From positions 1,640-65,639 of the forward strand of contig JBGCFR010000025.1 of assembly GCA_045107045.1 (NCBI GenBank): a stretch of 64,000 nt of DNA. The letters are read 5' to 3'. This document shows, in pieces, positions 19,267 through 29,853 of the stretch. A model generated the notes under the pieces. It was not told the origin of the DNA and made no database searches. It saw only the letters and a program-made list of their open reading frames with translations. A program made the translations under genes and the position numbers. This stretch comes from Crocinitomicaceae bacterium (lineage in GTDB: Bacteria > Bacteroidota > Bacteroidia > Flavobacteriales_D > Crocinitomicaceae). Positions within the stretch are counted from its first letter, which is position 1; each line of letters begins with the position of its first letter.

Positions 19267-20592
19267 CTATTTATATCTAATCCACTTAAATACTTCCTTC
19301 CAACTAGCCTTTTTGCCGTACATTAAAATACCAGTGCGATAAATTTTTGCGGCCATCCAAGTAGTAAGTAAGAATGTAGCAATTAATAAAGTGACAGACA
19401 GTATAAGAATGAGAGGGCTAACTGAGCCAACAGCTACTTTTACTACCATCACAATAGGAGAGGTGAGCGGAATAATCGAAAACCAAGTACCAATTGCACT
19501 CTCGGGATTGGTTAACATCATAGACGCTACCATATAAGCTAAGATAAGTGGAAGGGTAACAGGTAATACCAATTGTTGTGTATCTGTTTCAGAGTCGACC
19601 ATAGAGCCAATCATTGCAAAAATACCTGAATAGATTAAGAACCCACCAATAAAGTAAATTAAAAAGAACCCAATCATTACGGGCCAGTTAACATCAAAGT
19701 AAATAAAGTTGATGACGCTGTTCGATCCTTGAAGTCCTTCAGTTACAATTTGTCCATTATCAAGTGCAGCTGTATCCCAACTGCTTGGGTCAACCATATC
19801 TGGGAATACAAAAATCCTCAGCAGCATTAAACCTATACCGGACATGAGTACCCAAATTAAAAACTGTGTTAGTCCGACTAATCCAATGCCAATTATTTTA
19901 CCAAGCATTAATTGAAACGGCTTTACTGACGAGATAATAATTTCTACCACGCGGTTTGTTTTTTCCTCAATTACACCCCGCATGACTTGGTTTGAGTAAA
20001 AGAAGATGAAAAAGTAGATCAAAATGGCAAACCCGAATCCAACAATTGATTTCATATCTGAATTATCTTTTCCCTCAGGGTCTTTGGCATCTAAAAATTT
20101 AAAATCAAAAGGTAATTGGATTAAGTTGTACTCCGTTTTTGTTAAGTTAGTTTTCTTCAATGCAAAATACTCTCTTATTCTAGCTTCAATTCTATTTTCA
20201 ATATATGATTTTGTTCCAAAGCTTGGTGTTTTCCTGTAATAAGAAATAACCCTCCTATTTTCAGGTACTTTTTCGTTTAAACTCAGTAATATGTCATATT
20301 CAGCAAATTTAGGATCGTTTAAAAATTGACTTGCACTATCAATATAACTTTCGTAAAAAAAGAACTGAGCTGGCCTATCAATGGCGTCTTCTTCGAAAAT
20401 TTTGGTACCACACCACCCACCTGGGTCAGCAACCAGAACTTTAACTTGTTCGTTCTCTTCCACAGCCAAATACATGGCACCAAACATAAAACCTAAAAAT
20501 AGAATAGGGATCAAAATAGTGGTGACTAAAAAGGATCTCTTTTTTACTCTAGTATTGTATTCACGGCCAATTATTAGTTTCAAATTACTCAT
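19267..20592 (-). CDS. ABC-2 type transporter permease (NatB-like)
   Basis: VIEEKTNRVVEIIISSVKPFQLMLGKIIG; multiple TM segments. Confidence 0.93.
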   Translation of the reverse strand: MSNLKLIIGREYNTRVKKRSFLVTTILIPILFLGFMFGAMYLAVEENEQVKVLVADPGGWCGTKIFEEDAIDRPAQFFFYESYIDSASQFLNDPKFAEYDILLSLNEKVPENRRVISYYRKTPSFGTKSYIENRIEARIREYFALKKTNLTKTEYNLIQLPFDFKFLDAKDPEGKDNSDMKSIVGFGFAILIYFFIFFYSNQVMRGVIEEKTNRVVEIIISSVKPFQLMLGKIIGIGLVGLTQFLIWVLMSGIGLMLLRIFVFPDMVDPSSWDTAALDNGQIVTEGLQGSNSVINFIYFDVNWPVMIGFFLIYFIGGFLIYSGIFAMIGSMVDSETDTQQLVLPVTLPLILAYMVASMMLTNPESAIGTWFSIIPLTSPIVMVVKVAVGSVSPLILILSVTLLIATFLLTTWMAAKIYRTGILMYGKKASWKEVFKWIRYK

Positions 20593-21520
20593 TTTCGCCT
20601 CCCTTCACTTGTTGTACTGCATTTATAAAAATATCATTCATTGATGGTAACACCTCTTGAACAGAAATGATATCAACCACTGGCATAACTGCTTTTAATA
20701 AATCATTGACAGTGTTGTCATTCTTTAACTGAACATGTGCTATGGCAATATTATCATCTACCTGCTCTTTATCAATTAAATTAAAATTGCTCCAAAGTGC
20801 ATTGGCAAAAGCCATCATTACACCATTAAATTTAACGGCATAGGTATGGGTATTAAATTGTTCTTTTACATCTTTCAACTTTCCATTTAAAACCATTTTA
20901 CTTTTATTAATTAAAGCAATGGAGTCACAAATCTCCTCCACACTATTCATATTGTGCGTGGATAGCATAATGGAGGTTCCTTTAGCCTTAAGAGCCATTA
21001 TTTCTGTTTTTATCAACTCTGTGTTAATCGGGTCAAATCCACTAAAAGGTTCATCAAGAATTAGGAGTGGTGGTTCATGTAAAATAGTTGAAATAAATTG
21101 TACTTTCTGAGCCATACCCTTCGACAACTCTTCAATCTTTTTGTCATACCAAGCACCAATATCAAATTTATCAAACCATTCTTTGAGCTTATATTTAGCT
21201 TCATTTTTAGACATGCCTTTTAAGCGAGCAAAGTATAATGCTTGTTCACCAACTTTCATTTTTTTGTAGAGCCCACGTTCTTCAGGTAAATAACCAATTT
21301 TTGAAATATCTTCCCTTTTAATCGGTTTACCCTCAATAAATACTTGGCCGGAATCAGGTGCAGTAATTTGATTGATGATTCGAATTAAACTTGTTTTACC
21401 AGCGCCATTTGGTCCTAGTAATCCAAAAATTTCTCCTTTCTGAGTGGATATTGAAATATCATCAAGTGCTCTGTGATTGGCATATTGTTTGACAATGTTT
21501 TCAATGCGAAGCATTTCCAT
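20585..21520 (-). CDS. ABC transporter ATP-binding protein (NatA-like, DUF4162 tail)
   Basis: GPNGAGKT Walker A, LSKGMAQ signature, LILDEPFSG Walker B. Confidence 0.96.
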   Translation of the reverse strand: MEMLRIENIVKQYANHRALDDISISTQKGEIFGLLGPNGAGKTSLIRIINQITAPDSGQVFIEGKPIKREDISKIGYLPEERGLYKKMKVGEQALYFARLKGMSKNEAKYKLKEWFDKFDIGAWYDKKIEELSKGMAQKVQFISTILHEPPLLILDEPFSGFDPINTELIKTEIMALKAKGTSIMLSTHNMNSVEEICDSIALINKSKMVLNGKLKDVKEQFNTHTYAVKFNGVMMAFANALWSNFNLIDKEQVDDNIAIAHVQLKNDNTVNDLLKAVMPVVDIISVQEVLPSMNDIFINAVQQVKGGENE

Positions 21521-21628
21521 AAATGAATTGATTTAAAAGCTTAAATATAGCCGATTTTTCTTTGGCTTTGAAGATGAATTAGAAAATCTTAAGAATTATT
21601 AAATATTTGAAAACGCATTTAATTTTGC

Positions 21629-22651
21629 TTACAATAACTCAATTGACTCTTCAACTGCTAAAATAAACGATTTAGGATCATCAATAAATAAAGCTAATGT
21701 TGTAGCTTCCTTTTTGAAACCATAAAAACCAGTGTACTGAAAAGGTGCTTCAAATTCAATGATAACATTATGCCCTTCTAAATCACCTAATGGCGAGAAT
21801 GATTTAATACTTTCTTTATCAGCTATCTCTCCTTTAAAACCACTAATTGATTTAATGTCTTGAATTAAGGCCTCACCTTCTGCAATAATGCCATAACGTA
21901 AAACAATTTTATCATTTTTTATCATAACTGGACGCTGACTAAGCGATTTTAAAATGCCTAATATTTGAAAGCCTGAATAAATACTTAAACCAGTCAAAAC
22001 CCACGCAAAAATGGTTGACCATGATTCAAGAAGCAAGTGAAATACGAAAGTTTCTATTCCAATCAAAAAAAGTAAGACTATCAATATGGCTCTTGTGCCA
22101 CTTTCACGGTGATAAGTATATTCATTCTTAGCTAAATTTAGTGATTTCCATTTAATAAATGAATAATAGAAAGCGCTGACTTCCATAGCAACAAAGCTGA
22201 TTGCTTTTTGAGGCATAATATCAGCTAAGGCGATTTTTATATTGGAATGAAAGTCGTAATTTTCAGTTTCTTGTTTTTTAAATGCTTTTACAGATTTACG
22301 GATGGTAAAAATGAGATATAGCATCACAAAAAGTTCCACAAATGGAAGTATCCAAAATTTGACAGAATCCAGTAGACTCTGATGTTGGATTGGAATAATA
22401 ATACTTGCCGTAATTATGCCAATAATGAATACAGGGACAATAGTGGTTTTTGGAATGGATTTTTTTCTAATGATAAAGAAATAAATGAGGGGTAAAGTAA
22501 AAATTAGATCTAGAATTATAGCTGGCGCCAATTTACTGGCGTTAGGCTCGAACAATGTAGATTTTGAAATAAGAACCATTGAACCAATAATAGTAATTGG
22601 TAATGTGTACCATAGTAATTGTAAAATTCTATTCTGACTTATTTGGTTCAT
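21629..22651 (-). CDS. integral membrane hypothetical protein
   Basis: 340-aa ORF with 6-7 hydrophobic segments and a soluble C-terminal domain. Confidence 0.8.
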   Translation of the reverse strand: MNQISQNRILQLLWYTLPITIIGSMVLISKSTLFEPNASKLAPAIILDLIFTLPLIYFFIIRKKSIPKTTIVPVFIIGIITASIIIPIQHQSLLDSVKFWILPFVELFVMLYLIFTIRKSVKAFKKQETENYDFHSNIKIALADIMPQKAISFVAMEVSAFYYSFIKWKSLNLAKNEYTYHRESGTRAILIVLLFLIGIETFVFHLLLESWSTIFAWVLTGLSIYSGFQILGILKSLSQRPVMIKNDKIVLRYGIIAEGEALIQDIKSISGFKGEIADKESIKSFSPLGDLEGHNVIIEFEAPFQYTGFYGFKKEATTLALFIDDPKSFILAVEESIELL

Positions 22652-22694
22652 AATCTATCATTAAATAATAATACACTCTTTACATAGTCCGTTT

Positions 22695-23432
22695 TCACTT
22701 GTTTTTTACATAAATCAATTTAAATCTTGAATTGTCTTGACTACGTTCTTCAATTTCAAATTGATTAATAGAATTAAACATTGGAGTTAATTTATCAAAC
22801 CCAAAATTCCTTGCATCAAAATTAGCCTGTTTTTTTAGAATCAATGATCCAACATCTCCTAAAAAAGCCCAGCCGTCCTCATCTGCTGCATCTGCTACTG
22901 TAGCACGAAGGAGCTTGATGACTTGAGGCGTAATTTTATCGTGCTGACGTTTTGTTTTGCTTTTTTTACCAGTTTTAGAATCTTCAATCTCTTCATCACT
23001 ATGCAATATTTCAAGGTAAATGAATTTATCACAAGCCACTATAAATGGGTTAGGTGTTTTCTTTTCGCCAATGCCATATACACGCATGCCTGCTTCACGT
23101 AATCGAGTAGCTAATTTAGTAAAATCACTATCGGATGAAGCCAAACAAAAACCATCTACTTTACCTGAATATAGGACATCCATAGCATCTATGATCATGG
23201 CTGAATCCGTTGCGTTTTTTCCAGTAGTATAACTGTACTGTTGAATAGGTGTTATGGCATTTTCTAAGAGAACTGATTTCCATTTATTGACATGAGGACT
23301 TGTCCAATCGCCATAAATTCTTTTAATTGTAGGGGTGCCATATTTGGCAATTTCTTCCATCATTTCCTTAATGTACTTTGATGGTATATTATCACCGTCA
23401 ATTAAGACGGCTAATTTTGTATCTTTTATCAT
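22695..23432 (-). CDS. NYN (LabA/DUF88) domain protein with C-terminal OST-HTH/LOTUS domain
   Basis: AVLIDGDN, RIYGDW, GKNATDSAMIIDAMD, SSDSDF, FDARNFGFDKL. Confidence 0.93.
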   Translation of the reverse strand: MIKDTKLAVLIDGDNIPSKYIKEMMEEIAKYGTPTIKRIYGDWTSPHVNKWKSVLLENAITPIQQYSYTTGKNATDSAMIIDAMDVLYSGKVDGFCLASSDSDFTKLATRLREAGMRVYGIGEKKTPNPFIVACDKFIYLEILHSDEEIEDSKTGKKSKTKRQHDKITPQVIKLLRATVADAADEDGWAFLGDVGSLILKKQANFDARNFGFDKLTPMFNSINQFEIEERSQDNSRFKLIYVKNK

Positions 23433-23572
23433 ATTGTACTGTAAATATAAGCATTTATCAGAGGATAGCTGTTGTATTCAGGCTTATATAATATTGTTCT
23501 GAGGGTAGCAGTATGCTCCAATACAATAACTGTAAAGAAAAGTGTATTACTAAATTCTGATAATCCAAAACA

Positions 23573-23602
23573 AAAAAAGGCTCCAAATATGGAGCCTTTT
23601 TT
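23573..23602. terminator. intrinsic terminator downstream of the - strand T9SS gene
   Basis: aaaaaaggctcca-aata-tggagcctttttt perfect stem with A/T tracts on both sides. Confidence 0.85.
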
Positions 23603-23622
23603 AATACAAACAATTTTGATAT

Positions 23623-26040
23623 CTATGCTTTGACGAACAAGCGACGTCCTACACCGTTAATAGTTCTTACCTCAATATTGTAAAGACCGGAACTAAGTCC
23701 TTCAATATTAATGTTCTCTAAATTAGAAATCGTTTTGTTTTCGTAAACTAATTTTCCGCTTAAATCAACAATACGAATTGATTGAATTACGTCTTCCGAT
23801 TCAATGTTAAGGCTAGACTTTGCAGGATTAGGGAATACTGTAAATGTTAAATTACTATTCTCAGAAATACCTAATCCAACCGTATTAATATTTAATGTTG
23901 TATTTGTAATGATTGGCGCATTTTGATCAAAGTAAATATAAGCCGTGTTTTCAATAATGTCACCTTCACTTAAGGTAGGTAATTCTTTAATTCTGTAAAC
24001 TACATGTCCATGGCTAGCTGGCTCATTAGTTGTGCTGTCCGGTAACCATATTTGTGGAAAGTCAAACTTTTTAATGCCATTACCCATGTCTATTAATTGA
24101 ATAGGATGAGTAGCTTCAAGCAGTTCAAACGTTGTCCAATCTAGGTTTGTGCTTAAGCTATCTAAAATATAAACATCTTGTGCTGGTGCAGTTCCCGTAT
24201 TTTGAAACCTAATGACATAAGTGTATTCATCTTGTACAGCGGGATTAACGATAGTTGGCTGATTAACTGATTTATCATTCGGATCATAACTAACGCCAAC
24301 TAACATACCTAAAGTACTATAGTTATTTGATGAGTCACAATCTGCAGTTGCTGACGAGATAGCAGAACTAAACACGTGGAAAGTGCTGTCTGGAATACCA
24401 GCTGGTGTATTAAAGTAAATCACATCAGTATTGTACATATATGTACTGTTTGAATTTAGAGTCCATGTAATTGTATTTCCTGATATTGTGTAATTAGGAT
24501 TGTTAATTGAACTCAAAACTGGTGTCACTCCAGATGGATAGTCTAAACTTACAGTGTAATTCCCTGGTGCACCAGAACCATAATTACCATACTTAAACCA
24601 TACTGAGTTGGTTGTGTTTTGATAATAACCAATCCAAGGGGTAACGCTTGACCATAAATCCGCACATGTGCTTGCTGAATTGCAATTTAAAGCTAAATCA
24701 GCTTGGTTATTGTTTGCACAATTTAAATTTGAAATTACAGCACCATTTCCTAAGACATATGCAGAATTATTTACTTGCCAAGATTGATCAAGACTGACTA
24801 AAACGGTACCTCCACTTAATTGCCATCCTGTGTAAGAATAATAGCCAGTTGAGTCAGTATATACTGTTATTTGGCCACCAAGACCATTTAATGTAACCGG
24901 TGCATTATAGAATGGCACTTCTGATGAGTCCAATATTCCGTTTCCGTTGTCATCACAATATACATAGCCATTTACACAACCCACACTTAGTGCGTTTGTA
25001 TCGCAAATAATCGGAATGTTTAATATAGGGTTGTTAGTACAAGAAAGGTCCGAAATAGTATCAATAAAATTACCTGAATTATAGTAGCCATTAGAACTCA
25101 TCCAAGTTTGATCTACACTAACAAACCCTCCTGATGCAAGGCCAGTATAACTAAATGAATATAGACCATTAGGATCTGCAGTTGTTGAATGAGATGATCC
25201 ATTTGGCAAATATAGCACTAGTGGTGCACCACCAACAGGTATTTCGGTTGAATCTAAAATTCCATTATTATTATTATCACAAAAAATAGTTCCGTTTAAA
25301 CAGTTACTAGTTAGTTGAGTAGAATCACAATTTAAAATGATTTGAGATGTTATATTATTGTTCCCAGATATAGTTGTGGTAATGGTATTTGGTGTAATAG
25401 CCTGTACAACCCAATTATTTGCTGCTAACCAATTTGGGTCAACAACTATAGTATAAGTATCAGGTAAAACGCCATAAAAATTATTATTAAATATTGACCA
25501 TGCACTGTAAGTATTACCATTAGAACCGATTAATAACATTTGAGGGACAATGTTAGTTGAGTCAATAACTCCGTCGCCATCACAATCTAAGTTGGCACTA
25601 GCGTACATACCTACGTAACAACCACCCATAATAACATCCTGGGTATAATTAATAGTATCTGAAGAAATAGGGTCATAAAGGTCAATATTAAACGTATATA
25701 TTCCAGCTGTTGAATAAGTATGAGTAATTGCTGGGCTCCAAGCAATAGCAGTACCAGATGTAATTGCTGTGCCTGTATGTGTTGATGTACTTCCATCACC
25801 CCATTGGACTTCAGCAGTTAAATTAGAGTTAAGGATATTCGAACCATCAACAATTAGGTTTGCATCACCATATGAAGTGTAGTTATTTGTTATAGGAGAG
25901 ATTTCCACTGTATAGTCCAATTGACAAACAGTAACTTGACTTGTGTCATCCAGAAAAGAAGTAAAGGTAACACCTTGCGCTATTCCAACAACAGATGATA
26001 ACAGTAAGCTGATTAGAAGTGTAAAAATATTGGTTTTCAT
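23623..26040 (-). CDS. T9SS-secreted surface protein (PKD-like, SdrD B-like repeats, DUF7619-type domain, CTD)
   Basis: Signal peptide; CDxxxNGILDSxE repeats; SYDPNDK...YVIRFQNTGTAPA...IYFDQNAPIITN; CTD VFPNPAKS...GLYNIEV. Confidence 0.9.
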   Translation of the reverse strand: MKTNIFTLLISLLLSSVVGIAQGVTFTSFLDDTSQVTVCQLDYTVEISPITNNYTSYGDANLIVDGSNILNSNLTAEVQWGDGSTSTHTGTAITSGTAIAWSPAITHTYSTAGIYTFNIDLYDPISSDTINYTQDVIMGGCYVGMYASANLDCDGDGVIDSTNIVPQMLLIGSNGNTYSAWSIFNNNFYGVLPDTYTIVVDPNWLAANNWVVQAITPNTITTTISGNNNITSQIILNCDSTQLTSNCLNGTIFCDNNNNGILDSTEIPVGGAPLVLYLPNGSSHSTTADPNGLYSFSYTGLASGGFVSVDQTWMSSNGYYNSGNFIDTISDLSCTNNPILNIPIICDTNALSVGCVNGYVYCDDNGNGILDSSEVPFYNAPVTLNGLGGQITVYTDSTGYYSYTGWQLSGGTVLVSLDQSWQVNNSAYVLGNGAVISNLNCANNNQADLALNCNSASTCADLWSSVTPWIGYYQNTTNSVWFKYGNYGSGAPGNYTVSLDYPSGVTPVLSSINNPNYTISGNTITWTLNSNSTYMYNTDVIYFNTPAGIPDSTFHVFSSAISSATADCDSSNNYSTLGMLVGVSYDPNDKSVNQPTIVNPAVQDEYTYVIRFQNTGTAPAQDVYILDSLSTNLDWTTFELLEATHPIQLIDMGNGIKKFDFPQIWLPDSTTNEPASHGHVVYRIKELPTLSEGDIIENTAYIYFDQNAPIITNTTLNINTVGLGISENSNLTFTVFPNPAKSSLNIESEDVIQSIRIVDLSGKLVYENKTISNLENINIEGLSSGLYNIEVRTINGVGRRLFVKA

Positions 26041-26160
26041 AAGACTAGAATTTCTATATAAACAGATTTATTTTTGAAAGGTTGTCTAAAATGAAAAATA
26101 AAATTATTCACTCACTAGTATTAAATGTTTGTTTTCACTTCTGGATAGAAAAAAATTAGA

Positions 26161-26192
26161 AAAAAAAAGAAAGGCTACAATAATTGTAGCCT
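26161..26192 (-). terminator. intrinsic terminator after glutathione peroxidase
   Basis: aggctacaa-taa-ttgtagcct stem preceded by an A tract (U tract on the - strand). Confidence 0.65.
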
Positions 26193-26339
26193 ATTCCTTT
26201 AATTTAACGATTAAAAGTTATTCTCTGACAAAGAATTCTTTATCAGTATGACTATATTATTTAGCATGAGGTTGCTTTTATTGTGATGTTTTTTCGAAAA
26301 TCATAACTTTTTTTTATTTCCGTAAAGAAAAATCACTGC

Positions 26340-26828
26340 TTAAGTAAGTAATTTCTTTATGTCTTCCTCAATAGATTCCGGTTTAGTTAGGGAAGCATAC
26401 CTTTTTACTACAGTGCCATTTTTATCAACTAAAAACTTTGTGAAATTCCATTTTATTTTTCGACTCAGAAAGCCTCCCTTAGCTTGTTTTAAGTATTTAA
26501 ATATTGGAGATTCATTTTTGCCGTTGACATCAATTTTTGAAAACATTTGAAAACTGACGCCATAGTTTATTAAACAGCCTTCTTGAATTTCTTTTTCATT
26601 GCCAGGCTCTTGACCACCAAATTGGTTGCAAGGAAAACCTAATATTTGCAAACCTGCTGTTTTATGTGTTTGGTATAGTTTTTCCAAGCCTTCATATTGT
26701 GGAGTGAATCCACAATTACTCGCTGTGTTCACAATCAGTAGTACCTGATTTTTATATTCAGAAAGTGATTTGTTTTGCCCCGAAATAGTTTTAGCGGAAA
26801 GGTCATAGAAGTTTTGATTTGATTTCAT
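26340..26828 (-). CDS. glutathione peroxidase family protein (Cys type)
   Basis: VNTASNCGFTPQY, LGFPCNQFGGQEPG, IKWNFTKFLVD. Confidence 0.96.
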   Translation of the reverse strand: MKSNQNFYDLSAKTISGQNKSLSEYKNQVLLIVNTASNCGFTPQYEGLEKLYQTHKTAGLQILGFPCNQFGGQEPGNEKEIQEGCLINYGVSFQMFSKIDVNGKNESPIFKYLKQAKGGFLSRKIKWNFTKFLVDKNGTVVKRYASLTKPESIEEDIKKLLT

Positions 26829-26875
26829 ATTTTCATAATTTATTCACCCTAAAGTTAATTTATATTTGAATAATA

Positions 26876-28204
26876 TCACTTAATAAATTTAAGAGCTTTA
26901 GCTTTTATCTTAAAGTTGAGTTCCTCTTTTAATAATGCCTTTAAATCAACTTCTTCTGACAGTTTATTCGATAATTCCCTAAATCGTTTATCAGCTTTTA
27001 ATGCTAAACGGTCTATGTCCAAAGCAGTGTTGTTAAACCCAATTAGTTTTAAGTTATCAATATCTCTTAAACGAGATAATGCAACATAACCTTGGCCTTT
27101 TTCAAATGTTTTACTTAAATCTAGCTCAGCCTTATCTAATGTCATTCCTTGAGATTTATGAATAGTAATGGCCCAAGCTAAACGCAAAGGGATTTGAACG
27201 AATGATGCTATCGAATTTCCTTTATCATCATCTATCGACCATTCTTCGGTTGTTGCAGTAATTTCTTCGCCACCTGTAATTTTGACTATGGGGAATCCTA
27301 AACTTGAATACTCAATAATTTTCCCAAGTGTTCCATTAATATAACCTTTGTCAGTATTATTTTTGACAAACATAACCTTAGCACCTATTTTTAGACTCAA
27401 TTGTTCATTGACAATAACTGATTTTTTTAGTGTGGTGACAAGTTCTTTTTTTCCTTTAGTTGTTGCCCAGAAATTTTTTGCTTTTCCATTTATTTTGTCT
27501 AACTCAATATTGTTTATTCTATCAACATCAGCATTATGAGTATACAGTCTAATGGGACTAATAAGTGATATATTGTTTTTAATAGTTTTGTTTAGTAATT
27601 CAGTAACCGATTTCGTTATAGTACCATTTCTTATAGCGTCTAAAACATCTGTTAACGAATTTTCTGTCTGTCTGTATTGCTTAGTTAAATAGCAAATGTT
27701 AAATTCTGATTGAACCCAAGTATGTCCCATAAATGCAAATTTATCTCTACTTTGTTCATATGTGTTACCAATAGGGGGTAATTGGAAAAAATCTCCACAT
27801 ACTACAATTTGTTTTCCTCCAAAAGGCAATAGGTTATCATTTGCATACTGAAGAATCTGGTCAACTAAATTTAATTGCTTCTGATGAAGCATAGATATCT
27901 CATCAATAATTAAAACTTTCGTTTTCTCCAATTTTTTTTTGAGCGCTTTATTGAGCATTAAAAAATGAAGGTCTTTATTACTCATTTGGTCTTTAATGCC
28001 CATTCCAACCCAACTATGAATAGTTTGTCCATTAATATGGGTAGCGGCAATACCTGTAGAAGCAGTAATTCCTGAAGAAATTTTATACTTATTTAAATAT
28101 TTAATAAATGACTTAAGAACATGCGTCTTACCAGTACCTGCAGACCCTGTTAAAAATACGTTTTTACCTGATTTCAATATGGCAAGAGCCACGTCTTGTG
28201 TCAT
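26876..28204 (-). CDS. PIF1/RecD-like superfamily 1B helicase
   Basis: TGSAGTGKT, IIDEISM, GDFFQLPP, QIPLRLAWAITIHKSQGMTLD, GYVALSR. Confidence 0.93.
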   Translation of the reverse strand: MTQDVALAILKSGKNVFLTGSAGTGKTHVLKSFIKYLNKYKISSGITASTGIAATHINGQTIHSWVGMGIKDQMSNKDLHFLMLNKALKKKLEKTKVLIIDEISMLHQKQLNLVDQILQYANDNLLPFGGKQIVVCGDFFQLPPIGNTYEQSRDKFAFMGHTWVQSEFNICYLTKQYRQTENSLTDVLDAIRNGTITKSVTELLNKTIKNNISLISPIRLYTHNADVDRINNIELDKINGKAKNFWATTKGKKELVTTLKKSVIVNEQLSLKIGAKVMFVKNNTDKGYINGTLGKIIEYSSLGFPIVKITGGEEITATTEEWSIDDDKGNSIASFVQIPLRLAWAITIHKSQGMTLDKAELDLSKTFEKGQGYVALSRLRDIDNLKLIGFNNTALDIDRLALKADKRFRELSNKLSEEVDLKALLKEELNFKIKAKALKFIK

Positions 28205-28276
28205 GTCACAAAAATAAACAGGAAATCAATTAGATTTAAAAATGATTAAGGAAGTAATTAACAACTTAAGGATGAA

Positions 28277-28924
28277 TTACGATTTTATTTTTCTTAATAT
28301 CATTAGTCCGTCTCTTACGGGTAATAGAACATTTTCAACTCGGTCGTCGCTTTGAACCATGCTATTGAATTCCACAATAGCTTTTGTTGTTTCCTTCATA
28401 TCTGATGGATTTTTTAAAACATTTCCGCTCCAAAGTACATTGTCCGCAATAATGAATCCTCCAATAGGAATTTTATTAAATACTAAATCATAGTAGTGAC
28501 TGTAGTTTTCTTTATCAGCATCAATAAATACCAAATCATATGATCTGCTTAGTTGAGGTATTATATTTAGAGCATTTCCAATCAAAAAATTGAGATTCGC
28601 TGTATGGTTAGATTTTGCCCAATACTTATCTATAATGGGTTTCAATTCTTCATTTATATCAATGGTATCAATTTGTCCTCCTTCAGCAATTCCTTCCGCT
28701 AAGCATAAAGCAGAATATCCTGTATATGTGCCTATTTCAAGAATATTTTTCGGTTTAATCATATGACTGATCATACTTAATGCTCTTCCTTGAAGATGCC
28801 CAGATAGCATTCTAGGTACTAATATTTTTAGATGAGTCTCTCGGTTCAATTCTGAAAGTAATTCTTCTTCTTTTGAAGTATGCGCTTCGGCATATAAAGA
28901 GATTTTGTCGGGTATAAAGTCCAT
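28277..28924 (-). CDS. SAM-dependent O-methyltransferase (caffeoyl-CoA OMT-like)
   Basis: MLSGHLQG, ILEIGTYTGYS, FIDADK, ADNVLWSG; start ATG 28924 (the 28981 start overlaps prmC; a TAnnTTTG lies at 28945-28952). Confidence 0.93.
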   Translation of the reverse strand: MDFIPDKISLYAEAHTSKEEELLSELNRETHLKILVPRMLSGHLQGRALSMISHMIKPKNILEIGTYTGYSALCLAEGIAEGGQIDTIDINEELKPIIDKYWAKSNHTANLNFLIGNALNIIPQLSRSYDLVFIDADKENYSHYYDLVFNKIPIGGFIIADNVLWSGNVLKNPSDMKETTKAIVEFNSMVQSDDRVENVLLPVRDGLMILRKIKS

Positions 28925-28958
28925 AATTACTATAGTTAGCTGGACAAAGATAACTGAT

Positions 28959-29819
28959 TTACAATAATTGTCCAGATACAATTCTGTCTTTTCCTTGAAG
29001 GTCTTTAATAATTTCTACATTAATGAATTTTGCATTTTCCAAGTTTTCTTTAACTTTTGAGGCTAATTTTTCATGGACTTCAAAATAAAGGTATCCACCA
29101 GCATTCAATTGTTTTTTTGCTAAATCGATAATTTTATGATAGAATATTAGTGGGCTACTGTCATTTACAAAAAGAGCAAGATCTGGTTCATGATTCAATA
29201 CTTGCTCGGTCATTTCTGCTTTATCAGAAAGTAAAACATATGGTGGGTTAGATACTATGATGTTGAACATACCTAGGTTCGAAATGTCTTCGTCTAAGAT
29301 GTTAGATTGATGCCAATTGATGTTTTGATTTAGGCTTTTCGCATTAAAATCAGCAGTTTCTAGCGCTTCGGATGAAATATCGAGTCCTGTGATTTCCCAA
29401 TTATTTTTGACAGATTTTATTGAAATTGGTATACAGCCTGAGCCAGTGCCAATATCTAACAGTTTAATTGTGTCATTTTGATGATTTCTAACTATTAAAT
29501 CAACAAGTTCCTCAGTTTCTGGCCTTGGAATTAATACAGATGGATTGACTTGGAATATGAGGTCATAAAATTCGGCTTTTCCAAGTATATATTGAATTGG
29601 CTCTTTGTTTTGTAGCCTTTTGACAATTTTTCGTTGTGCTAGTAAATCTGATTCAGAAAGCAAAAATTGCTTTGTACGTACCTCGATTTTTTCTAGCCCA
29701 AATTCAAAAAAAGCCATGAGAAAGAAAATTTGTTCTATCTCATTGACTTCATATAGTTCAGTTAGTTTACTGCGATAGTATGGTATTAAATCTTTAAGCT
29801 GATTTGTTTTAACAAACAT
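28959..29819 (-). CDS. prmC: release factor glutamine methyltransferase
   Basis: EPIQYILG, VLIPRPETEELV, LDIGTGSGCI, VSNPPY, HEPDLALF. Confidence 0.96.
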   Translation of the reverse strand: MFVKTNQLKDLIPYYRSKLTELYEVNEIEQIFFLMAFFEFGLEKIEVRTKQFLLSESDLLAQRKIVKRLQNKEPIQYILGKAEFYDLIFQVNPSVLIPRPETEELVDLIVRNHQNDTIKLLDIGTGSGCIPISIKSVKNNWEITGLDISSEALETADFNAKSLNQNINWHQSNILDEDISNLGMFNIIVSNPPYVLLSDKAEMTEQVLNHEPDLALFVNDSSPLIFYHKIIDLAKKQLNAGGYLYFEVHEKLASKVKENLENAKFINVEIIKDLQGKDRIVSGQLL

Positions 29820-29853
29820 TATTCCTTTTGATTAATACAAAAGTAATTCATTC

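Noticed and set aside
26340-26828. Selenoprotein glutathione peroxidase
   Set aside because: The active site is Cys (NCGFT) with no in-frame TGA.
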